In this document: positions 21,246 through 29,131 of the stretch, in pieces
Position numbering within the stretch: position 1 is the stretch's first letter
Layout of the letters: the number at the start of each line of letters is the position of its first letter
From: an uncultured cyanobacterium
GTDB taxonomy: Bacteria > Cyanobacteriota > Cyanobacteriia > Cyanobacteriales > CAWUOF01
Direction: 5' to 3'
Assembly: GCA_963744145.1 (NCBI GenBank)
Contig: CAVUSO010000001.1
Span: 4,736,001-4,800,000 of the forward strand
Length of the DNA: 64,000 bases
Program-made: the position numbers and the translations under genes
Notes under the pieces: model-generated
The model's input: only the letters and a program-made list of their open reading frames with translations
Databases searched by the model: none
Told to the model about the DNA's origin: nothing

Positions 21246-21257
21246 CACTTAATATAA

Positions 21258-21332
21258 GTGGAAATTGAATTACTAGAACTAGCCGAGAGTTTACTAGAAA
21301 AATTAGCAAAAATTTGGGATGATAATATATAA
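21258..21332 (+). other. Duplicated 3' tail of the DUF1822 gene (open 24-codon mini-ORF from GTG)
   Basis: GAAATTGAATTACTAGAACTAGC.GAGAGTTTA.TAGAAAAATTAGCA.AAATTTGGGAT matches 17061-17120. Confidence 0.8.
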
Positions 21333-21385
21333 TAAAATTAGCTAGTCAATCTGGTGAAAAATTAGAAATATATCAAAGGTTAACT

Positions 21386-24300
21386 ATGGATGAGAAACGC
21401 CGACGAGCTTATCACAATTTTCTAGATCAAAGTATATATTATATCATTACTGAAAATGGTTCTAATCAACAAAAATTTTACCAATTTTTAGCAGACAACT
21501 TAGATCAGCTAGATGATAATTTACCCAACTTATTAGAAGAATACTCAAAAGCACTTTTGTCAATAGTTGCGTCTGACGAAACCATTGATATCGCCAATTG
21601 TATGGGAACTTTTGGCGATTTAATTGTTAATTTTAATTTAGGTAATAAAGCCAATAATATAGAAATTGGTATTGCTGCTTACAATATTGCTCTTCCACTT
21701 TTGAACTGCTATTTAGAAACAGAAAATTGGGTGATTATTAAACATAGGTTGGGAATTGCTTATTCCAACCGAATCAAAGGTGATCGTTCTTCCAATATAG
21801 AGCAGACTATTAAATGCTATCAAGCCGTTTCAGAAATATGTACCCAGACAAATTTAACGTCTTATTGGGCAACAAATCAGTTAAATTTAGGAAGTACTTA
21901 CTTTGCTAGAATTGAGGGAAATCGAGCGGAAAATATGGAGCAATCGCTCCAATGTTACCAGGCAGCTTTACAATTTTATACCTACTCAGCATTTCCCCAA
22001 CGCTGGGCAGATACGCAAAGTAACTTAGGGTTCGCTTACCAAAAAAGGATTAAGGGCGATTCCTCTCTAAATTTAGAGATGTCAATTAGCTGTAGCAAAG
22101 CAGCATTAGATGTCTATACTCAAAACGCATTTCCTTGGGATTGGGCTAGAACTCATGAGAATTTGGGTGATACTTACCAAAAACGACTTGTTGGTAAAAA
22201 ATCAGATAATTTAGAGCAAGCAATTTCTCATTATGAGGCAGCGTTGAGAGTTTTTACAAAAGAAGAGTTTCCCCAAAGATGGGCGATAATTCAAATTAGT
22301 TTAGCTATAGTCTACCTACAACCAATTAGGGGCGAGATAGTTGCCGATATAGAATCAGCTATCCGTTATAATCAAGCATCATTGGAAGTTCATAATCGCG
22401 AAATTTTTCCTGAATTCTGGGCACTTATCCAAAGTAATTTAGGGGTAGCTTATATAGATAGAATTAAGGGCGATCGCGCTCAGAATTTGGAGCTAGCGAT
22501 TAGTTATATTAACGCAGCATTGGAAGTTTATACAAGAAGTAGATTTCCTTTAAATTGGGCAAAAAGTCATCAGATATTAGGCGATATTTATCAAAAACGT
22601 GTTGTTGGTAAAAAATCAGAAAATTTAGAGACTACTATCGCTGCATTAGAATCTGCATTGCAAGTCTACAACAAGCAGGATTTTCCAGAAGAATGGGCGC
22701 GTACTCAAAATTATTTAGGTACTGCATATAACGAGCGGATCGAAGGTGAAATCGCCGAAAATGTAGAGAAGGCAATTTCTTATCATGAAGCAGCATTGAC
22801 AGTTTTTACAAAAGCAGAGTTCCCGCAGCAATGGGCAACGACTCAAGATCATTTAGGAACAGCCTATGGCAATCGAATTAGGGGCGATGTAGCTACCAAC
22901 TTAGAAACACAAATTAGTTATTATCAAGCATCATTACAAGTTGACGCTTATGAATCATTTCCCCGTCATTGGGCGTTGACTATGAACAATTTGAGTACGG
23001 CTTACCACCGCCGAATTAAAGGCGATCGCGCTGACAATATAGAGCAAGCAATTCAATATGTTAAAAAGTCTTTACAAATTTATACCCGCGAGATATTGCC
23101 CAAAGATTGGGCGAGGTCTCAACAGAATTTGGGGGTATATTACTTTGATCGAATTAAGGGCGATCGCACTGAAAATATAGAGCAGGCTATTCAATACTAT
23201 CAATCGGCTATGCTTGTTTACGCTTCTGAAGCAATACCTCAAGATTGGGGAAATATTCAATTCAATTTGGGTAGTGCCTATGGTGTGCGAATTGCTGGTC
23301 AAGAATCTGAAAACTTAGAACAGGCAATTCGTTACTATGAATCTGCGTTGCTCGTTCATACTCGCTCAGAGTTTCCCCAAAAATGGGCTGAAATTAAAAA
23401 TAACTTGGCTAGGGTATATTTCCAGCGAATTGAAGGTGATCGAGCTGAAAATTTGGAACAAGCTATTGAGTGTACCCAAGCTGCTTTGCAAGTTCAGACT
23501 CGCGATGCTTTTCCTCATGTTTGGGCAGATAAACAAAGCACTTTGGGACAAGCCTATTACTTGCGAATTTGCGGCGAAAAGTCTGAAAACATAAAAGCAG
23601 CGATCGCTTGCTATCAAGCAGCTTTACAAGTCTACACTAGAAAATCATTTCCCCGTGGTTGGATGTCTATTATGAACGGGTTGGGAATCGCTTACAGGAA
23701 GTTAGAAAAAATTGATGAAGCGATCGCCTATTTTCGTTTAGCTCTCGAAATTACTACCCCAATTGCGGACCCGATTGAATGTCTCAGATATGGAAGAAAT
23801 TTGGGTGAGACTGCGTTTAGCGATCAACGTTGGGCAGCAGCAATTGAAGGTTATGATCTGGCGATCAAAGCTATAGAAACTAGCCGTTCTTGGACAAACG
23901 TTGAAGCGAGGAGACAAGAGATTTTAAATTCAGGCTTTATGGTTTATGCTGACTTAGTGCAAGCTTGCATTAACTGCGAACAGTTCGATCAAGCAATTGA
24001 GTATGCAGAGCGATCGCGTTGCCAAAGTTTAGTAGATTTGATGGCCAGTAATGACTTATCATATAATAGCGAACTCGATCCACAAGTTTATAAATATTTG
24101 CAGGAATATGAGAACATACAGAGGCAAATTGATAACTACCATCAGACTAACAATTCTGGTAATAGCCGAGAGTTGAGTATTATTGAAACTTTGACTGGAA
24201 ATCGAGCTGGACTAAAACCAAATGATCAAACTATTAAGAATTGGGAAACTCAGAAACAACAAATTTGGGAACAACTTCGGCGTTTAGATCCCGTCCTAGC

Positions 24301-25582
24301 GGGTCAAATTCAAGTCACGCCTATACAGTTAGCTGCAATCCAACAATTAATTGACTATCCAACAGCAATTCTGGGTTTTTATACGACCATTAATGCAATT
24401 CATATCTTTATAGTACGACAGAAGAACATCACTTATCATAGTTGTAATAAGCTGGATGGTGAAACATTTTCAAAGTTGCTTCATGATAAATGGTTAACAC
24501 TTTATTTAACTAACAAAGAGGAATGGCAAAATAGTTTAATATCTGAATTAAAAGAACTAGCGGAACTTTTAGATTTAGAGAACTTAATTAATCAGCATCT
24601 AAGTGGTGTTGAAGAACTCATTATTATTCCCCACTTGTATCTGCATCTTCTTCCATTTGCAGCGTTACCAATTGAGAACAGTCAATATTTAGGAGACAAA
24701 TTTTTAATCCGCTACATTCCCAGTTGCCAAATTTTAGAATTTTGCCAGAAACGTTCTCAAGTAGACAAACCCCGAACCTATGGCACTATTGAAGATGCTA
24801 CTGAAGATTTACCCTGTTCGAGTTTTGAGGGTGTTCAAATTGCTCAACTGCATAATATTCCCCGTTATTTACGCTTAAATGGTCGCACGGAAGCTACTGT
24901 TAACAACTATCGTCAGTTACTTAAAGAAGTGCAAGTGATTATTAGCAGTCACCATGCCCAAGCCCGCTTTGATAATCCTCTGGAATCTAAGTTGATTTTA
25001 TCAGATGGTAGCATTACTTTAGGACAACTATTAACACCTGAATGGCGACTCCCCCATCTAGTAGATGTGTTTCTTTCCTGTTGCGAAACAGGTTTAGTTT
25101 TTACAGCAATAACAGACGATGTTTTTACCCTTGCTAGTGGATTTTTGTGTGCAGGTGCTAGAAGTGTAGTTAGTACACTTTGGGCAGTTGATGATTTAGC
25201 AACGGCGTTATTTTCGATTTTTTATCATCAATATCGACACAGAGGCTCCTGTCGTCCAGCAGCTTTGCAACAAGCGCAGGAAGAACTACGCACCTTAAGC
25301 GGGGAAACCCTCGCTACTATTTACCAACCTCAAATAAATTTGCTATTGAATGAAAAATTTCAGCAACTAGATCAGGCACGTAAAGAAGCAAAAACTCATC
25401 GCGATCGCTACTCCAAAGATACCCCAGAATATGTGCAATGGGATGAAGAATATAAACAGAATTTTAACGCTAGCGATCGCATCCGTCAGACCAAAAACGG
25501 ACTTCAGGTGATCAGTCAAGAAGCATTTCCCTTCTCTCACCCCTTCTACTGGGCAGCTTTTATCTGTTCTGGTTTGCGCTAA
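21386..25582 (+). CDS. TPR-repeat + CHAT protease (tandem paralog of 17182-20949)
   Basis: More TPR units than the upstream paralog; same SSHHA and FLSCCETG motifs; nearly identical C-terminus. Confidence 0.93.
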   Translation: MDEKRRRAYHNFLDQSIYYIITENGSNQQKFYQFLADNLDQLDDNLPNLLEEYSKALLSIVASDETIDIANCMGTFGDLIVNFNLGNKANNIEIGIAAYNIALPLLNCYLETENWVIIKHRLGIAYSNRIKGDRSSNIEQTIKCYQAVSEICTQTNLTSYWATNQLNLGSTYFARIEGNRAENMEQSLQCYQAALQFYTYSAFPQRWADTQSNLGFAYQKRIKGDSSLNLEMSISCSKAALDVYTQNAFPWDWARTHENLGDTYQKRLVGKKSDNLEQAISHYEAALRVFTKEEFPQRWAIIQISLAIVYLQPIRGEIVADIESAIRYNQASLEVHNREIFPEFWALIQSNLGVAYIDRIKGDRAQNLELAISYINAALEVYTRSRFPLNWAKSHQILGDIYQKRVVGKKSENLETTIAALESALQVYNKQDFPEEWARTQNYLGTAYNERIEGEIAENVEKAISYHEAALTVFTKAEFPQQWATTQDHLGTAYGNRIRGDVATNLETQISYYQASLQVDAYESFPRHWALTMNNLSTAYHRRIKGDRADNIEQAIQYVKKSLQIYTREILPKDWARSQQNLGVYYFDRIKGDRTENIEQAIQYYQSAMLVYASEAIPQDWGNIQFNLGSAYGVRIAGQESENLEQAIRYYESALLVHTRSEFPQKWAEIKNNLARVYFQRIEGDRAENLEQAIECTQAALQVQTRDAFPHVWADKQSTLGQAYYLRICGEKSENIKAAIACYQAALQVYTRKSFPRGWMSIMNGLGIAYRKLEKIDEAIAYFRLALEITTPIADPIECLRYGRNLGETAFSDQRWAAAIEGYDLAIKAIETSRSWTNVEARRQEILNSGFMVYADLVQACINCEQFDQAIEYAERSRCQSLVDLMASNDLSYNSELDPQVYKYLQEYENIQRQIDNYHQTNNSGNSRELSIIETLTGNRAGLKPNDQTIKNWETQKQQIWEQLRRLDPVLAGQIQVTPIQLAAIQQLIDYPTAILGFYTTINAIHIFIVRQKNITYHSCNKLDGETFSKLLHDKWLTLYLTNKEEWQNSLISELKELAELLDLENLINQHLSGVEELIIIPHLYLHLLPFAALPIENSQYLGDKFLIRYIPSCQILEFCQKRSQVDKPRTYGTIEDATEDLPCSSFEGVQIAQLHNIPRYLRLNGRTEATVNNYRQLLKEVQVIISSHHAQARFDNPLESKLILSDGSITLGQLLTPEWRLPHLVDVFLSCCETGLVFTAITDDVFTLASGFLCAGARSVVSTLWAVDDLATALFSIFYHQYRHRGSCRPAALQQAQEELRTLSGETLATIYQPQINLLLNEKFQQLDQARKEAKTHRDRYSKDTPEYVQWDEEYKQNFNASDRIRQTKNGLQVISQEAFPFSHPFYWAAFICSGLR

Positions 25583-25701
25583 CTCAAGGCATTTGTCCAG
25601 GTATGTTTGCGCTTGGGCGCTAGATTCGGAGGGCGCTGAAGCGCTACTAGGTGCCTTTTTTGGTGCCAGTCGGGTAAGTCTGATTTATTTTTCCAAAAAT
25701 T

Positions 25702-25734
25702 TGCATAATTCTGCGACTACACCCTGGTTAATAG
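25702..25734 (+). promoter_or_regulatory. Bipartite motif TGCATAATT-N12-CCTGGTTAATAG, copy 1
   Basis: Identical boxes and spacing at 28543 and 29040; ends 65 nt before ORF 25800. Confidence 0.7.
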
Positions 25735-25799
25735 AAGAACGCAGTTGGCCAACTTGCTTCTCCAAAAATTTCAGATTTACCTTAACGGAGAAATGAGCC

Positions 25800-26003
25800 A
25801 TGATATCTACAATTTTATCGTCTTTCCTCATGTTTGGCATAATTGTGCCTTCACATCAGGGAAGCAATATTACGCATGAGGAACAAATTTCAGCATCTGA
25901 TCAAGTCCTATCCCATCACCCGCAATTAGATATTTTTCAGCATGAAACAAAAAAAGATGGGAATGGAGATGACGATCCCATTGTTCCCCCTAATCGACGC
26001 TAA
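25800..26003 (+). CDS. Small putatively exported peptide (67 aa, C-terminus DDDPIVPPNRR)
   Basis: GGAG RBS at 25787-90, hydrophobic N-terminus ISTILSSFLMFGIIVP, and the conserved motif upstream. Confidence 0.6.
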   Translation: MISTILSSFLMFGIIVPSHQGSNITHEEQISASDQVLSHHPQLDIFQHETKKDGNGDDDPIVPPNRR

Positions 26004-26038
26004 TTCAGGGCTGTTTCAATCTCCCTTCTAACATAGCA

Positions 26039-26141
26039 GACCTAACCCCCCAGCCCCCTTCCCTGCAAGAGAAGGGGGAGCAATTAATATGATTAATTCT
26101 TGCTCCCCTCTCCTCCCAGGAGAGGCGTTGGGGGAGAGGTC
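26039..26141. repeat. C/G-tract palindromic repeat (same family as 4961-5040)
   Basis: ACCTAACCCCCCAGCCCCCTTCCC...GCTCCCCTCTCCT...AGGAGAGG.GTTGGGGGAGAGGT. Confidence 0.7.
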
Positions 26142-26147
26142 AAACAA

Positions 26148-28151
26148 TTAATTATTGATCGAACTCAAACGTTGACGTGCGTTAATTTTCCAAATATCTA
26201 ATTCTGGCAGTCTCCAATTTATTCCTTGAGTTTTATGATCGCTTTGGTTATATTTGAGAAAATTTTCATAATAAACTAATGCTTCTTGGATATTTCCTTG
26301 AGCCTCCTTCACTTGTGCCAAAAGATAATGTGTTGGTGAATAAACCTGATTTAACTCCAGGGATTTTAAAAGCTGTAACTCAGCTTCATTATAGCGATTT
26401 TCAAGAAAATAAGCCCACCCCAAATTTTTGGACAAAGCTGCTAAAACTAGATCATCTTTGACTTTTCCTAAAATCGGCAATATCAGATTAATTGATGTCT
26501 CTAGATTTCCAGAGATAATTTCCAACCGAGCTAAATTACTAATAGCAGCATAAGCCCCTCGATTATTAAATTTGGCAGCAATTTGATAGTGATTTATTGC
26601 CTTAGCTAAATCTTGCAACTGTTCATAAGTAGCTCCTAGGTTATAGTGAGCTGGAGCTAAGTCAGGATTAAATCTAATCGCTTGGCTTAAGTAATATTTA
26701 GCAGTTTGAAACTCTCCAGCTAAATAATTTTTATGACCAACTTGATTAAAATATTTAGCAAGCAATTGATGAGTTATGTATTGTTTTATTTCTGGATTTA
26801 GAGTAAAAATATCTTCTACTTCTGGAGAATCTTTTACTAAAAACTCTTCCCTAATCAGTGACTCTAAAGCAGGTTGCAAATCAGACATTTCTCCCGCAAC
26901 AGATAGATTTGATTTTAAATCATTGCAACTAACTGGTTTATTTTTTAAGGCTAAATAACAGAGGATGTAATTCTCTATATCTGATAAATCAGCACTGTTT
27001 TTTTGCAAAAAATCTCGCAGGATATTCTGGATAATTAAAGTAGCTTGCTGGATAAATTGGGTGAAATTTCCTGAAAATATGTGATCAAAGTTAGTGGTGA
27101 CTATTTTTAAAAGTAAAGGATTATTACCATAGAGTTGGAGTAACTCAGAAAATAGACTATTTTCCGGACTACTCGAGAACCTTTTGGCTGAATAGATAAT
27201 TTTTTCGACGCTTTGCTCATCTAAGCCATTTAATGGTAATACTTTAATCTTGGAGTTTTCTGTGGTGATAAAAATAAGTTCTGGGTGGAGATACCAACTG
27301 ATAAGTAATAAACAACTTTGATGGGGTGATGTTACTATTTGGTGAAATAGCTCTGCATAATTTTCGTATCCTTGTTGATAGCAATTACTACTTTGAAGAA
27401 TGCTATCAACTTGATCTAATATTACCAAACACCGTGCCGAACTTAGGTATTTGAGTAATAAACCGATTCTGGTTTCCGTATTCTCTAGTAAGTCGGTTTC
27501 TGGTTGGGGAGATAGGAATTTAAGTAAATCGTTTAAAATATCTGACATCAATGGGCGTTCTTTGAGCGATCGCCAAATGCAATAATCAAACTCACCTTGA
27601 ATTTCTTGTACTGTCCTTACAGCCAAGGTGGTTTTACCAATTCCTCCTATTCCTAATAGTGCTACCAATCGGTAAGCATCCTTAACTATATATTGTTTTA
27701 AAACGGTAAATTCAGGATTACGACCATAAAAAATAGGGACATCAGGTGCATCACCCCAATCTATCCGGGGGTTGATTTTCGCGATCGCTGTTTCTGGGTA
27801 ACTACCTTTACTAATAGATGGGGTAACATCCTCAATAGTAGACTGTACTGGATCAGGTTGAGCAGAAATCCCATCACTAGCTGTACCATTAGTAAAATTA
27901 GTAACCTGTCGTTGGTATTGAGAAAGGAGGATTTGCTGTAATTTAGCCAATTTTCCTGGTCCTCGTCCCCTAATCTCAAATTTCTTGTAAACCTCACCTA
28001 GTCTTTTCTGAAGCGCTTCTTTACTGATATCCAATTCTTTAGCGATCGAGTGCATGGGTTGACCTTTGAGGGCTCTGGAAAGAGCTTCAAATTCGCTGTC
28101 GGAAACACGAAAATTTCTAGCTAGATTTTTTAAAAAGTTTTGGGGAATCAT
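26148..28151 (-). CDS. HTH + NB-ARC (STAND) ATPase + TPR protein
   Basis: N-terminal LuxR-like HTH (SIAKELDISKEALQKRLGEVYKKF), DWGDAPDVPIFYGR, Walker A GIGGIGKTT, WRSL, Walker B LVILDQ, a GNNPLLL GxP-like motif and C-terminal TPRs (HYNLGATYE, KNLGWAY). Confidence 0.88.
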   Translation of the reverse strand: MIPQNFLKNLARNFRVSDSEFEALSRALKGQPMHSIAKELDISKEALQKRLGEVYKKFEIRGRGPGKLAKLQQILLSQYQRQVTNFTNGTASDGISAQPDPVQSTIEDVTPSISKGSYPETAIAKINPRIDWGDAPDVPIFYGRNPEFTVLKQYIVKDAYRLVALLGIGGIGKTTLAVRTVQEIQGEFDYCIWRSLKERPLMSDILNDLLKFLSPQPETDLLENTETRIGLLLKYLSSARCLVILDQVDSILQSSNCYQQGYENYAELFHQIVTSPHQSCLLLISWYLHPELIFITTENSKIKVLPLNGLDEQSVEKIIYSAKRFSSSPENSLFSELLQLYGNNPLLLKIVTTNFDHIFSGNFTQFIQQATLIIQNILRDFLQKNSADLSDIENYILCYLALKNKPVSCNDLKSNLSVAGEMSDLQPALESLIREEFLVKDSPEVEDIFTLNPEIKQYITHQLLAKYFNQVGHKNYLAGEFQTAKYYLSQAIRFNPDLAPAHYNLGATYEQLQDLAKAINHYQIAAKFNNRGAYAAISNLARLEIISGNLETSINLILPILGKVKDDLVLAALSKNLGWAYFLENRYNEAELQLLKSLELNQVYSPTHYLLAQVKEAQGNIQEALVYYENFLKYNQSDHKTQGINWRLPELDIWKINARQRLSSINN

Positions 28152-28441
28152 TGTAATAAGCTACTACATAAGTAATATAAACAGCTATTTTACCTAAAAT
28201 TTCTCGCGATCGAGGAGTACGCTCTTCTCCCAGAGAAATTCCTCAGTTATTTTCAATTGTAATGGTTTTTTCTCATTTTAATCAGTATGACAGAAGTATT
28301 TATCTTGATTAACCATAGATTTTTTGCTAGAGTAAAACTCTTGTCCATAAATAAATACCACCATATTCGAGCCGAAGGAGATAAATAACCAATCCCTTTG
28401 GGTGATTAACTCATTTTTAATGAGATTTTTTTCTCAGATAG

Positions 28442-28470
28442 TTGACATTTGCGGAAAAAGCAGTTAGGCT
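28442..28470 (+). promoter_or_regulatory. Sigma70-type promoter TTGACA-N17-TAGGCT
   Basis: Consensus -35, 17-nt spacer and a plausible -10 in the divergent intergenic region. Confidence 0.55.
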
Positions 28471-28542
28471 TATCTCAGTTAGAGCAGAAGCAGTGGTCGG
28501 ACTAGTGTCCTCTAGCAGACCAGAAACTTTCTTGTGTGTGTC

Positions 28543-28575
28543 TGCATAATTTTTTGGCGTTGCCCTGGTTAATAG
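28543..28575 (+). promoter_or_regulatory. Bipartite motif TGCATAATT-N12-CCTGGTTAATAG, copy 2
   Basis: Upstream of ORF 28671. Confidence 0.7.
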
Positions 28576-28670
28576 TTGGAAGTTTAGATTAAGGAAGATG
28601 TACAGAAATATGCTGTTCCTAAACAGGAAGTTAGAAAAATGCGATCGCGAGGTTCACACAGGAGTAAACT

Positions 28671-29021
28671 TTGATTAAGTTTGTTGGACAAGTCGAATTA
28701 CGCAACCGTCGTTGCGTTTATTATCAGGATAATTCTTACAGAGTAGAGCAAGTCAATCCAAATAGAGAACAAGTAACTTACTCTTATGATATTCCTGACA
28801 CAGCGGTTGAGTATCTATACAATGAATTAAAAGGTTGTAAAGTTACAAAAACAGATGCTGCTAGGGTTCTTCAACGAGTTGCGATCAGCTTGGAACTTCC
28901 ATTTACTCACGGCTGGAAACTTGACTATTACGCTCAGGAAGCATTAATAGTTCTGGTAGCATTAGGTAAAGCACGTTTAAGTCAAGAATACCGAAGTTAC
29001 TTTTACACCATTGTCTCCTGA
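28671..29021 (+). CDS. Hypothetical protein (116 aa)
   Basis: AGGAG RBS before a TTG start; no family recognised. Confidence 0.65.
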   Translation: MIKFVGQVELRNRRCVYYQDNSYRVEQVNPNREQVTYSYDIPDTAVEYLYNELKGCKVTKTDAARVLQRVAISLELPFTHGWKLDYYAQEALIVLVALGKARLSQEYRSYFYTIVS

Positions 29022-29039
29022 TTTGGTTTTCCAAAAACT

Positions 29040-29072
29040 TGCATAATTTTTTGACCTGATCCTGGTTAATAG
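29040..29072 (+). promoter_or_regulatory. Bipartite motif TGCATAATT-N12-CCTGGTTAATAG, copy 3
   Basis: Upstream of the HTH-GTPase gene. Confidence 0.7.
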
Positions 29073-29131
29073 TTAGAAGTTCGGAGTTGAAAATTTAAAA
29101 CTCAGACATCCCGTCAGTCAACACATAAATA

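Noticed and set aside
17182..25582. Type III-E CRISPR Craspase locus
   Set aside because: No Cas7-11, other cas genes or array in the window; only the protease/sigma logic is analogous.
20480..25582. Diversity-generating retroelement TR/VR pair in the near-identical CHAT 3' ends
   Set aside because: Mismatches are not adenine-specific (e.g. GCC/GCG, CCG/TCC), both copies are coding, and no reverse transcriptase is present.
25593..25796. 67-aa TTG-start ORF
   Set aside because: No RBS and no protein-like features; it spans the conserved regulatory motif.
25800..26003. patS/patX assignment
   Set aside because: No RG(S/T)GR pentapeptide; kept only as an analogy.
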